From Squalus acanthias (Eukaryota): a stretch of DNA of 64,000 nucleotides. The stretch covers positions 13,640,001 to 13,704,000 of the forward strand of contig CM059449.1 of the NCBI GenBank assembly GCA_030390025.1. Direction: 5' to 3'. The translations under genes were made by a program, and so were the position numbers. The notes under the pieces are model-generated. The model was not told the origin of the DNA. It did not search any database and was given only the letters and a program-made list of their open reading frames with translations. Shown here piece after piece: positions 47,249-60,346 of the stretch (position 1 is the stretch's first letter; each line of letters opens with the position of its first letter).

Positions 47249-48883
47249 AGGGAGGGAATTCAGCACCAGTCCAGAGCTACTCGGGATAACATTAAAAGAG
47301 CGAGCACCAAACGTGTGGTGAACCAGGCAGCGCTTCCCCAAACGGTAACACCCAGCCCGGCCCGGGTGTCGGCGCTGACTCAGCCGCTTTCCTTACCGGG
47401 TTTTCGACAGCATTCAGGTGCTGCAAACACTAACAAGCACTGCACAGAAGTACACGGCTGCACACGGCTCTTCCGTGAGTCACAGCACGCAGGAAGGTTC
47501 TCTTCCCTTCCCATGGGCGGAAGAGACCTCCCCAGGACACCAACGCAGCCTGGTTGCACATTGCACCGGAGGACACAAGCCGCGATGTCGTCAGGAGGAC
47601 CAGGCTGCAGTGGCGCAAACCTTTCAATGATCTCAGCAGCTCACGAACCGTTACTGCAAAGCCACAGTCAACCTCATCCTGCTGTGCACTCATCACATCC
47701 CCATCACTTTGCCTTCCCTACCCTACTCCTGCACATCTTTACTCACACCAGCTTACCTTGCACCTCCACCCATCCCTCTCTATCTACATTATCACATCCC
47801 CATCTCACTAGCCACCCCTCACACTCACCCTCATCCTAGTGCAATCATGCCAACTGACAACACACAAGGTTAGGCACTTGGGTATTTTATGCAATGTTCA
47901 TGTAAAGGTTCTGTTATTGTGTTGTCAAACATTGAAATCTTTATTTTCAACACGTTGCCTTCTTGGACAGATTTGTGTGCACCTTTGGAAGTGTCTTAGT
48001 GAGTTCCAGTGAATGTTGAGAAATAACGTCCCCCCCCCACCACTCAATGGTGATGAGTGTGAAAGGAATGGCTTGGACATTGTAGAGATGCTTTATGGTG
48101 CTGGTGTGGGGTGGTGCCAACGTGGCACATCATGTGGCAGCCAGGGTGTACAGCGTCAATTGAAATAACTCTGGCTATGGTGAGGCCATCCCTGGCGTCC
48201 CAGGCAGCAATGTGGTCGGGTGCTGACACCCTCTGTCCTGTGCAACATCAATTGATTGCAGAGAAGGTTGGTGTTGTTGTTGGTGCGACTGGTGTGCCAG
48301 GTGATGCTGGTGTTGGGGCTGATCGTGGTGGGATTCTGAGGATGAAGGTGAGATTTTTTCAGGGGCACCGATGCTGATAGAATAGATGGCAGGTGCGGTT
48401 GAGATGACAGAAGCGATCTGTCAATGGTGGGAGAGGTTGTTCCAATGAGGTGACACTGAATAGACAGTTTGCTCCAAACACTTACAAGCTGCATAAAGCT
48501 TAATATGTCTTGCAAATGCAGTAAGCAACAGCTTCTAACTTTGGAAAGTGAGCAGCTGTGAAATGGGAGCTTTTATAGACCTTTTGCAGCTGTCAAGTTA
48601 AGAAATCATCCCATGCTGACACAGCTCCCGACCTCCTTACCTGACGTGATGCCTGAGCAGCAGGGAAGCCGTGGGCAATTTCTTAAAATCTAAAGGTGAG
48701 CTTAAAATCGTTTTAAGTGCCTGTTAACAAGCTCGTAATCATCTAAATTGCCTCCCCCGCCACTTGGTGTCGGTTCTGTTCAGCTATGACAGACCCGACA
48801 TCTGGGAAACTAGCGTGTCAAAACAAAATTCCCACCTGACCCACCACCAAACGCGCCCGCTGACCGCCCGAAAAATTCCCACC
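47249..48883 (+). mobile_element. Harbinger-type DNA transposon remnant with Myb/SANT-like fragment
   Basis: RRTRLQWRKPFNDL resembles the Harbinger Myb/SANT-like motif RT..QCRK(K/R)FNDL. Imperfect inverted ends gggagggaattc and aaaattcccacc. Confidence 0.55.
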
Positions 48884-50279
48884 ATTATGTCCACACTCCA
48901 TCGATAATTTGCTGGCGGGATTTCCTAATCTGTCGCCGTAATCGGCGACAAATCATCGGAAGGCCCGGATAACGCATAAACGAGGCTTCCGCCGAACTTC
49001 CGCCAAAGTTAGGGTGGGCGTTCGGGATAACAAACCTCATCCCAGGGACCTATGCTGGACTTGGGGATGGACCCAATGGGCCAAAGAACAGTGTGCCTTC
49101 TCAGCGGACGACCCAGTGACCTTACCTTTAAATTAAAAAAAAAATGACAAGCGAAACAACGCAATAAGTCGAATAAATGTAATAAAAACATACAACTGAA
49201 CCAGCTGACAGAATTAAATTACAAGTAAGAACATTTTCCAGACTACACAACAGCGAAGAGTAGTAAGGAAAGAAATAGCTTACTAAGAAGTAGCATCAAT
49301 CTCCACAGCAGGTCAGCGGGATTCATTGCTTCACAGTGACCTAGGAATCAAAACAATTACTGATAGTCCCTTCGTTTTAATTCTACAGAAGGCAAAGTAC
49401 AGGTCTTACATGATAACACTCCCTACAGTCCCCTAATAATTCCTCACCTTATCTGCTGTGATCTCTTAAGGTGTGACTATATGCACATTAAAACCCGCCC
49501 ATTAAGATAGTCACATTACCAATTCTAAAGGTTTTATTTATGCATACTTTAAACATTCATTTGTTCCTGCACTTCTGCCATTGGAAAGGAGAGCGAAAAA
49601 TACCTAAAGAAACATTTCAATGAGCAAGGAAAATCAGACACAGAAGTAAGTTAAGGATGTCATTAACTTGTTTTTTTTTCTGAGAAATATTTCCTTCTTC
49701 AGGCAGCAGCTGAAATAAACCATTTTATCACCACAACCGATTAGGCCCTCCCGTAATACATAAAACGGCATCCACTCGTTGAGCTGTGAACTATCCAGGG
49801 AATTACTCACAATGAAAAGGAGCTCATGCTGTTTCAGGAAGGAGTGCTTGGATAAGCAAGTAGGGAAGGTGAGCACAAGGACTTTCCAGTGTAAGAATGT
49901 GGAAAGCAGTCTCCAATAGACCACTCCAGAGATAGGGAAGTAATTAGTTTGATTTGTTCTTAGAACATTAACAATGCTTTACTCAGTTACTTTAGACAGA
50001 TTCATAAATGCCACCTCTCCATAAATGGGGCGCAGCTATTTCCTGTTCATGTGTTTAGCGCGTGTGTTTTTTATAGCCAAACTGAAGAAATATATTGCTG
50101 CATCTTTTTCATATTTCTACCTGTCCTTTGCCATTTTTCCAATATTATCTAATAAGAGTTGGGCCGGAAATCAGGATGAGTTCAGTAGCTGAATGCTCTG
50201 ACGGACAGGATTTGAGAATAGTTTGTATGAAGAGAGTGGAAAAGAATGTTAACGAACGGGCCTGGTGCTAGGTACTCTG

Positions 50280-50660
50280 CTAGGCTGACACTCCCATTGC
50301 AGTGCTGAGGGGCGCTGCACTGTCGGAGGTGCCGTCTTTCGGATGAGACGTTAAACCAAGACCCCTTCTGCTCTCACAGGTGGATGTAAAAGATCCCGCG
50401 GCACTATTTCGAAGAAGAGAAGGGGAGTTATTCTTGGTGTCCTGGGCCAATATTTATCCCTGAACCAACATAACAAAAACAAATATTATCTGGTCTTTAT
50501 CGCATTGCTGTTTGTGGGAGCTTGCTGTGCGCAAATTGGCTGCCGCGTTTCCCACATTACAATAATGACTGCACTCCAAAAGTACTTCATTGGCTGTAAA
50601 GCGCTTTGAGACGTCCGGTGGTCGTGAAAGACGCTATATAAATGGAAGTCTTTCTTTCTT
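50280..50660 (+). mobile_element. DeuSINE, 5'-truncated (a second partial copy lies at 50815-51120)
   Basis: Deu domain and tail. Confidence 0.85.
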
Positions 50661-52357
50661 TCTGGTATTGGAAAGGCAGTGTGAGGCGTGAATAGAGCTA
50701 CTTGTGAGATATATCAGGAAGATATAAGAGCGATAAAGACCGTGTCTGGCAGGTGTGGTTACACATGCAAAAGAACAACGAACAGAGATTGATTGTATTG
50801 TGCAGGCATCACCTGTCTTTCGGATGCGATGTTAAACCGAGGCCCCGTCTGCCCTCTCAGGTGGACGTTAAAGATCCTACAGCACTACTTCGAAGAAGAG
50901 CAGGGGAGTTCTCCTCGGTGTCCCGGGCTAATGTTTATCCCTCAATCAACATCACTAAAAAAAAAAAGATTATCTGGTTATTATCACATTGCTATTTGTG
51001 GGAGCTTGCTGTCACGTTTCTTACATTACAACAGTGACTGCATTTCAAAAATACTTGGTTGGCTGTAAAGCGCTTTGGGACGTCCTGAGATCATGAAAGG
51101 CTCTATGTAAATACACGTCTTTTGTGGTGACATCATAGGTAGAAAGTATTCTTTAGAGGTAAGTAGGATGCACAAATGTAATGATGTGACGTTAGGGAAA
51201 TGTAATTAAACCTATAAAGTTATAGTACAGCTAGGTTCCTGAGGGGCTTCTACCTAGTCTTGCTTAGGCTCAAGTGAGCAGCCAAGACGACACGCTATGA
51301 CACCCGATGAGTCCAGTACACGTGAGTAACTTTCGGTACCAGTCTCATGGGCATTGCATGTAATGGGTTGCATTAATGCTTTGGCGACTAAAGAATATTA
51401 ATCAGGCGTGTCAGTATTTCCTCTTCCTCGAACTTGTATCAACGGTAAGGATAAAGGACTATCCTGCAAAGCCAAAAAGGGCAACGAGTGAATCGGACTG
51501 AGCTACAGCAGTTAGGTTGGCAGAGTGGGCCTGCAAAGGTTATGGAGCAGATGGAAGGCGCTGCGCCGAATCATTGGAGCAGGTCCAGAGGGGAAGATAT
51601 GCCCGACAAAATTGACAAACTACCCGGTGATAGACTAAGAGCAGCGGGGGTGGGTGTAGCAAAGGATGGGACAGGCTAGAGAAATCTGAAGGTTGCATGT
51701 GTTGTATGAGAGAGTGAGGAGAATGGATGATTTAAGCAGACGAGGAATGAGAGTTAAAGCAATCAAAAATACAGATGGACAGCTATTGAGTGGGTCAATT
51801 GAATTAAGAAGGAGATGGCAGGAACTGTATGCCAAAGAGAAAAAGCCGGCTGACATTGAAATAGGAAAGGTGAAGGATGTGTAATTTGATTTTATGGGCC
51901 TGGAAAGCTTGCGTCGGAAGTGAGGGTTGCAATAAGTGATCTTAAGAATGGAAAGGCCTCAGGCATTGATGACATTTCAACATGATTAGTTAATAACATG
52001 GGAGCGGTGGCAACAAACAATCTCGCTTATTTATGTAAAACCATGTATTTGAAAGGGGGTGGTCAAATAATTTCCTGAAATCGACCATGATACCTCTGGA
52101 AAGAAAATTGGTACAACCAGTTTGATTTCACGGGCCTCAAAGATTATGGTCATATGACTAAGATTAACAGAAAAAGCGGAACAACATCTCGGCAAAGATC
52201 CATTTAGGTTTTTCAGAAGATGTGGCGCAAGAAAGGCAATAAGGGTACTGAGAGTTCCAAGTGAGAGGAGAATAGAACACAATCACAAGGGGCACATTTG
52301 TTTTCTAGTTTTCGAAAAAGCCTTTTATAGAATGAACTGTATCAAACTAATGGAGGT

Positions 52358-55300
52358 ACATAGAAACATAGAAAAATAGGAGCAGGAGTAGGCCATTCGG
52401 CCCTTCGAGCCTGTTCCGCCATTCAATATGATCATGGCTGATCCCCTATCTCAATATCATATTCCCGCTCTCTCCCCATACCTCTTGATGCCTTTTGTGT
52501 CTAGAAATCTATCTATCTCCTTCTTAAATATATTCAGTGACTTGGCCTCCACAGTCATCTGTGGTAGAGAATTCCACAGGTTCACCACCCTCTGATTGAA
52601 GAAATTTCTCCTCATCTTAGTCCTAAATGTCCTACCCCGTATCCTGAGACGGTAACCCTTCGTTCTAGAACCACCAGCCAGGGGAAACATCCTCCCTGAA
52701 TCCAGTCTGTTTAGCCCTGTCAGAATTGTACACGTTTCAATGAGATTCCCTCTCATTCTTCTAAACTCTAGTGAATACAGACCTAGTCGACCCAATCTCT
52801 CCTCATACGACAGTCCTGCCATCCCAGGAATCAGTCTGGTGAACCTTTGCTGCACTCTGTCTATGGCAAGTATATCCTTTCTTAGGTAAGGAGACCAAAA
52901 TTGCACACAGTACTCCAGGTGTGGTCTCACCAAGGCCCTACATAAGAACATAAGAACATAAGAAATAGGAGCAGGAGTAGGCCAATCGGCCCCTCGAGCC
53001 TGCTCCGCCATTCAATAAGATCATGGCTGATCTGATCCTAACCGACAATCTACTATCTATCACAGAACCATCTCCTGCATCTAACAGAATTGCACACACG
53101 AAATAGGAGCAGAATCAGGCTACACGGTCCCTGGGCCCGCTCCACTACCCACAGGGCCATGACCGATCCGAACCTAGACTCATGTCCAAATTCCTGCCCG
53201 CTCCCCGTAACCCTTAATGCCCTTTACTTCTAGGAAACTGTCTATTTCTGTTTTAAATTTAATTAATGTTGTAGCTTCTACAGCTTTTTGTGGCAGCATA
53301 TTCCATGGACCTACCACCCTCTGAGTGAAGTAGTTCCTCCTCATCTCAGTTTTGAAAGAGCAGCCCCTTATTCTAAGACTATGTCCCCTAGTTCTAGTCT
53401 CACCTGTCATCGGGAACATCCTCCCCGCATCCACCCGATCCAACCCCTTCACAATCTTATATGTTTCAATAAGATCGCCTCTCATTCTTCTGAACTCCAA
53501 TGAGTAGAGTCCCAATCTACCCAACCTCTCCTCATATGACCACCCCCTCATCCCCGGGATTAACCGAGTGAACCTTTTTTGCACTGCCTCGAGAGCAAGG
53601 ATGTCTTTCCTTAAGTAAGGACACCAAAACTGTATGCAGTATTCCAGGTGCGGTCTCACCAATACCTTGTACAATTGAAGCAATACCTCCCTATTTTTAT
53701 ATTCTATCCCCCTAGCAATGAAAGCCAACATTCCATTTGCCTTCTTAATCACTTGCTGCACCTGCATACTAACCTTTTGAGTTTCGTGCACCAGGACCCC
53801 CAGATCCCTTTGCACTTCAGTACTCTCCAGTTTCTTGCCATTAAGATAATAAATTGCTCTAGGATTTTTCCTGCCAAAGTGCATCACCTCACACTTTCCA
53901 GTGTTGTATTCCATCTGCCAAATCTCTGCCCACTTACTTAGCCTGTCTATGTCCCCTTGCAGGTTTTTTATGTCCTCCTCACTCACTACTTTCCCTCCCA
54001 TCTTTGTATCATCTGCAAATTTTGATATGTTACACTTGGTCCCTTCCTCCAAATCGTTAATATAGATTGTAAAGAGTTGGGGACCCAGCACTGACCCCTG
54101 TGGAACACCACTAGTTACTGATTGCCAGTCTGAGAATGAACCATTTATCCCAACTCTTTGCTTTCTGTTGGATAGCCAATCCTCTATCCATGCCAGAATA
54201 TTACCCCCAATCCCGTGATTTTTTACCTTAAGCAATAATCTTTTGTGTGGCACCTTGTCAAATGCCTTTTGGAAGTCGAAGTACACTACGTCCACTGGTT
54301 CCCCTTTATCCACTCTATATGTTACTTCCTCAAAGAACTCCAGCAAATTTGTCAAACATGACTTCCCCTTCGTAAAACCATGCTGACTTTGTCCTATTAA
54401 ATTATGATTATCCAAATGTCCTGTTACTGTTTCCTTAATAATGGACTCCAAAATTTTACCTACCACAGATGTTAGGCTAACCGGTCTATAGTTACCAGCC
54501 TTCTGTCTACTGCCCTTTTTAAATAAGGGTGTTACATTAGCAGTTTTCCAGTCTGCCGGGACCTCAGCGGAATCCAGGGAGTTTTGAAAAATTATTACCA
54601 ATGCATCTACAATCCCTACCGCCACTTCCTTCAAGACTCTAGGATGTAAGCCATCAGGTCCAGGTGATTTATCCGCCTTGAGTCCCATTATGCCCTGTAC
54701 AACTGTAGTAAGACATTCTTGCTCCTGTACTCAAATCCTCTTGCAATGAAGGCCAACATACCATTTGCCTTCCTAACTGTTTGCTGCACCTGCATGTTTG
54801 CTCTCAGTGACTGGTGTACAAGGGCACCCAGGTGCCGTTGTACATCAGCAGTTCCCAATCTAGCACCATTTAAATAATACTCTACCTTTCTGTTTTTCCT
54901 ACCGAAGTGGATAACTTCACATTTATCCACGTTATACTGCATCTGCCACGTATTTGCCCACTCACTCAACTTGTCTAAATCGCCTTGAAGCCTCTTTGCA
55001 TCCTCCTCACAACTCACAATCCCACCTAGTTTCGTGTCGTCAGCAAACTTGGAAATATTACACTTGGTTCCCTCATCCAAAACATTGATATATATTGTGA
55101 ATAGCTGGGACCCAAGCACTGATCCCTGTGGTACCCCACTAGTCACCGCCTGCCACCCCAAAAAAGACCCTTTTATTCCTACTCTCTGTTTCCTGTCTGT
55201 TAACTAATTTTCAATCCATGCCAGTATATTACTCCCAATCCCATGTGATTTAATTTCGCACACTAACCTCTTATGTGAGGCTTTATCAAGGCCATCTGAA

Positions 55301-56983
55301 AATCCAAATATACCACATCCACTGGTTCTCCCTTATCTATTCTACCAGTTACATCCTCAAAAAACTCCAGTAGGTTTGTCAAACACGATTTCCCTTTCAT
55401 AAATCCATGTTGACTTTGATATTTTCCTCGTGTCCTGTTATCACATCCTTTATAATAGACTCTAGCATTTTCCCTACTATTGATGTTAGGCTAACCGGTC
55501 TGTAGTTCCCTGTTTTCTCTCTCCCTTCTTTTTTAAATAGTGGGGTTACATTTGCCACCCTCCAATCTGCAGGAACTGTTCCCTAATCTATAGAATTTTG
55601 GAAGATGACAACCAATGTATCTGAATGCACGAAGCATTCGTAATAAGGTAGATGAATTAACAGCACAAATAGATGTAAACAGATATGATATAATTGCAAT
55701 TACGGAGACATGGCTGCAGGGTGACCAAGGCTGGGAGCTGAATATCCAAGGATATTCGATATTTAGGAAGGACAGGCGAAAAGGAAAAGCAGGTGGGGTG
55801 GCCGTGTTAATAAAGGATGAAATCAGAGCAATAGTGAGAAAGGATATTGGCTCAGAAAATCAAGATGTAGAATCAGTCTGGGTGGAGCTAAGAAGCACCA
55901 AGGGGCAGAAAACATTGATGGGAGTTGTCTATAGGCCTCCAAACAGTAGTGGTAATGTAGGGGATGGCATCAAACAGGAAATTAGAGATGCATGTAACAA
56001 GGGTACTACAGTAATCATGGGTGACTTTAATCTACATATAGACTGGCCAAACCAAATTAGCAATAATACTGTGGAGGATGAATTCCTGGAGTGTGTACGA
56101 GATGGTTTTTTAGACCAGTACGTTGAGGAGCCAACTAGGGAACAGGCTATCCTAGATTGGGTATTGTGCAATGAGAAGGGGTTAATTAATAATCTTGTTG
56201 TGCGGGGTACTTTCGGGAAGAGTGACCATAGCATGATAGAATTCTTCATTAAAATGGAAAGTAAAGAAGCCCAATCCGAAACTAGGGTCCTAAATCTAAA
56301 CAAAGGATCCTACGATGGTATGAGGAGGGAGTTGGCTATGATAGATTGAGGAGCTACATTAAAAGGCATGACGGTGGATAGGCAATGGCTAACATTTAAG
56401 GAATGAATGCATGAATTGCAAGTTATAAATTCCTTTCTGGTGCAAAAACACAAAAGGAAAAGCGGTCCAATCATGGCTAACAAAATAAATTAGATCCAAA
56501 GAGGATTCATATAAAGTTGCTAGAAAAAGTTGCAAGCCTGAGGATTGGGAGCAGTTTAGAGTTCAGCAAAAAAGAGCCAGGAAATTGATTAAGGAGGAGA
56601 AATAGAGTATGAGAATAAACTTGCAAGGAACATAAAAGCGGATTGTAAAAGCTTCTGCAAGTATGTAAAAAGAAAAAGATTAGTGAAGACAAATGTAGGT
56701 CCCTTACAGTCAGAAACAGGAGAATTTATAATGTGGAACAAGGAAATGGCAGAGCAATTAAACAAATACTTTGGTTCTGTCTTCATGGAAGAGGACACAA
56801 ATAACTTCCCACAAATGCTAGGGAACCAAGGGTCTAGTGAGAAGGATGAATTAAAGGATATTAGTATTAGTAAAAAAATAGTGCTGGATAAATTAATGGG
56901 ACTGAAAGCTGATGAATCCCGAGGGCCTGATAATCTGCGTTCCAGAGTGCTAAAAGAGGTAGCCATGGAAATAGTGGATGCAT
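52358..56983 (-). mobile_element. CR1 with inverted 5' segment (55615-56983 on +), itself interrupted by a younger CR1
   Basis: The minus-strand RT part begins at ALVVIF (about 55617). The plus-strand endonuclease part YLNARSIRNK... ends at EIVDAL (56983). Confidence 0.85.
52940..54691 (-). mobile_element. Young CR1 with uninterrupted 502-aa RT/C-terminal frame (53180-54688)
   Basis: Complete RT motifs without stops. The short sequence gccct occurs on both flanks. Confidence 0.92.
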
Positions 56984-57404
56984 TACTAAAGAACATTGGT
57001 GTGGATTGGAGAGATCTACGCCTGATAACGGAAAGTATTAGGGTAGCAGATGTAGAGTCAGACCAGGAGTGATTAGAAGAGGATGCTGCCTATCACCTGT
57101 GTTGTTCAATGTGTGCCAAGAAGCAAGAGCAAGAGAAACGCTTAATTAGTTACAGGAAGGAATGGAAGTTGAAGTTCAGCTAAAGAAAGCTAGCACTTTT
57201 GCTGATAGCAAAGCCTTGGTACAGTAATGTGGTGATTATTTTACTGGATTTGTACTCCAGAGAACTGGACTAATAACCCAAGAGCATGAATCCAACTCCC
57301 ACCATGGCAGTTTCAGAATTCGAATTCAGTTTAAAAACTCTGGAAATAAAAAGCCGGTATCAATAAAAGTGACCATGTCGGGTTATCATAAAAAGCCAAA
57401 TTTC

Positions 57405-57860
57405 CAGCCGTGGCTCAGTGGGTAGCACGCTCGCCTCTTAGTCAAAAGGTTGTGGGTTCAATTCCGACTCCAGAGACTTGAGCACATGAATCTAGGCTGA
57501 CACTCCAGTCCAGTACTGAGGGAGAGCTGCACTGTCAGAGGTGCCATCTTTCGGTTGTAGACGTTAAACCGAAGCCCCGTCTGCTCTCTCAGGTGGATGT
57601 AAAAGATCACCACGGCACTATGTCGAAGAAGAGCAGGGGAGTTCTCCCTGGTGTCCAGGCCAATATTTGTCCCTCAATCAACAGATTATCTGGTCGTCAT
57701 CACACTACTGTTTGTGGGAGCTTGCTGTGCACAAAGTAGCTGCCGCGTTTCATACATTGCAATAGTGACTTCACTTCAAAGAAGTATTCTTTGGCTATAA
57801 AGTGCTTTGGCACGTCCGGTGGTGGTGAAAGGCGCTATATAAATGCAAGTCTTTCTTTAT
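57405..57860 (+). mobile_element. DeuSINE (SacSINE1-like), full length
   Basis: A/B boxes, Deu domain and tail. Confidence 0.88.
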
Positions 57861-57884
57861 TTCACTGCTTCAATTATGTCCTAT

Positions 57885-58140
57885 ACATAGTTACACAGCA
57901 GTCCGTTATAGTCACAGCACAGGAACAGGCCATTCTGCCAAACAGGTCTATGCCGGTGTTTGTGCTCCACACGAGCCCCTTCCCACCCTTCTTCATCTAA
58001 CCCCATCAACATATCTTTCTATTCCTTTCTCCCTTATGTGCTTATCTAATTCCCCTTAAATGCACCTACGCCATTCGCCTCAACCACTCCCTGTGGTGGC
58101 GGGTTCCACATTCTAACCACTCTCTGGATAAATAAGTTTC
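57885..58140 (-). mobile_element. CR1 3' fragment
   Basis: Matches the CR1 tail type seen at 19930-20200. Confidence 0.75.
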
Positions 58141-58852
58141 ATCTTCACCTTCTCAAGGGCAGCCTTCTCCAAACCCATATCTCAAATTACTCTGCAAGCC
58201 TGACCGTCTCTCCCCTCAGCGTCAATGTTTTGACAGCATACTGCACCACACTCCATATCAAACTCTTCACTAATCTTTTCTTCAGTTCTCTATTTAGTTG
58301 TGCAGTCAATATCCTCTTCCTTCAATTAAATATAATTTTCCCCATTGAAATCCTAGCTCTCACCTGCAATCATCAGTCATTATACTTTCCAGATATTTAC
58401 GTAGTCTCTCACCTGATCCAACAATTCCTACTTTATTACAACTCTCACGCTTTCACCTGCATTCCTAGAAACCTTCATAACTTCGGTCTTACACACACAG
58501 ATCTCCATTCCATAATCCATTGCCTAGCACTCAAGCTACCAAAATTTTAGTCCATTTCACTTTAAAAAAAAAGATTCTTGGGATGCAGGCGTCGCTGGCA
58601 TTCATTGTCCATCCCTGGTTGCCCTGAGAAGGTGATGGGCCTTCTTGTAACAGTTTGATACAATTGGGTGGCTTGCTAGGCCACTTGAGAAGGCAGTTAT
58701 GAGGATGGGCAATAAATGCCGGCCTTGCCAGCGAAGCCCACATCCCAAGAATGAATATTAAAAAGTGCAGTACATACTCTCTAGCACATTATATTAAGTA
58801 AAACATGAATGCAACTGATGCTACTAATTCTAAGTCAAGACTGGTTTTATAT

Positions 58853-59180
58853 TATACAAGATTATGACGGGTTTGGATAGGCTAGACGGGGAAAGGCTGT
58901 TCCCACCAGTTGATGGTGCAAGGACTAGGGGACACAGATTTAAGGTTTTGGGCAAGAGATACAGGGGTTGGGGAGAAAAACTTTTTTACACAGCGAGTGG
59001 TGAGGACCTGGAACTCAATGTTTTCAAGGGGAGACTGGATAGGCACTTGAGGGAAATAAACTTGTAGGGCTACGGGGATAGAGCGGGGGAATAGGACTGA
59101 CTGGATTGCTCTACAGAGAGCCGGCACGGACTCGATGGGCCGAATGGTCGCCTTCTGTGCCGTTATGACTCTATGACTCT
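58853..59180 (+). mobile_element. CR1 3' fragment
   Basis: Closely matches 19145-19505, with a (tatgactc)n tail. Confidence 0.85.
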
Positions 59181-59929
59181 ATATTTCCCCAAGCATTGAC
59201 ATTCCATTGCTCACTCGTTGCTGTGTATTTTCATAGACCTTGGCATCTATTTTGATGCTGCGTACTGTATATTTCACATACTTATGCTTAGCACTATAAT
59301 ACAACGCTGTTTGATAGTTTAATGGGAACCACCTCGTTCCATTGAGCTTACTTCGAAGAAAACTGGAATTGATGAGAATATTACATGAATTGCCGTTCTG
59401 TAGCATGTGTTTAAATGCTTCTAACTAGCATTCTAGCCGTCTACTGTTGCGTGCCTGGAGTTTAGAATGCGTATACATTGAATATTTTCACCCTATTGTT
59501 CCATTGAACAATTTTACTCTATCGTTTCATGGTAGCACTTTATTTTTTTTTGTTCAGCAAACTTCTAAACGTTCATTTCAAATTAATCTGGAAAGGAAAA
59601 TAAAATACTTCCGGTAATTGTGATGTACCATAATCCTCTCCATAGCACGTAGAACCTACTTCTGCTACGGTGCCATACATGTAAAAAAATAGATAAACCT
59701 GGAGAAGTGAAAACTAGATGCCATAATGACGTTAACTGGTCACAAAGAAGGAAGAACAAATCTTGAAGTCAGTAATGAAATATTAACAGAGGCCTATTGG
59801 ACTACAGAGCGTTGTGGGTTTTATGACAAAACGCGAGCTGAACAGAACACGGGGTGATTCTCACATCCCAAATTGTTCTGTAGTGTCACGCATACCCTTC
59901 CCTTTCAGCTGCTTTCAGTTATAGCAAAT

Positions 59930-60346
59930 GGGCAACACGGTGGCATAGTGGTTAGCACTGGTGCCTCACAGCGCCAGGGACCTGGGTTCGAATCTGACCT
60001 CGGGTGACTGTCTGTGTGGAGTTTGCACATTCTCCCCGTGTCTGCGTGGGTTTCCTCCGGGTGCTCCGGTTTCCTCCCACAGTCCAAAAATGTGCGGGTT
60101 AGGTTGATTTGGCTATGATAAATTAACCCTTAGTGTTAGGGGGGGATTAAATATGTGGGGTTATGGGGATAGGATGGGATATGTTAGGGGGAATTAAATA
60201 CGGGGGTAGGGTGCGATATGTGTACTGTGGGAATTAAAGCAGGGACAGGGTACTGGACTTGGATGATCAGCCATGATCGTATTGAATGGTGGAGCAGGCT
60301 CGACGGGCCGAATGGCCTACTCCTGCTCCTAGATTCTATGTATCTA
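59930..60346 (+). mobile_element. V-SINE (HE1-like) with CR1-derived tail
   Basis: tRNA head (tggcatagtggttag...ggttcgaatc), V-domain gtgtggagtttgcacattctccccgtgtctgcgtgggtttcctccggg, and a CR1 3' tail. Confidence 0.88.

Larger units (their letters stand above)
51690..57215 (+). mobile_element. Old RTE-like LINE split by a nested CR1 composite
   Basis: IKNTDGQLL...RRWQELY, then LMEV at 52357 continues as LKNIGVDWRDLRLI from 56983. Confidence 0.65.

Noticed and set aside
49634-49924. ORF MVYWRLLSTF... as the signal-peptide exon
   Set aside because: It has a non-ATG start and no convincing phase-1 donor. A better leader exists at 43104-43164.
53180-54688. Host protein-coding gene or novel reverse-transcriptase system
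   Set aside because: It is an ordinary 5'-truncated CR1 ORF2 fragment with a CR1 tail. The same applies to the other RT-like ORFs.
59930-60005. tRNA gene (also the heads at 17310, 44218 and 57405)
   Set aside because: These are A/B-box heads of tRNA-derived SINEs that continue into SINE body sequence.
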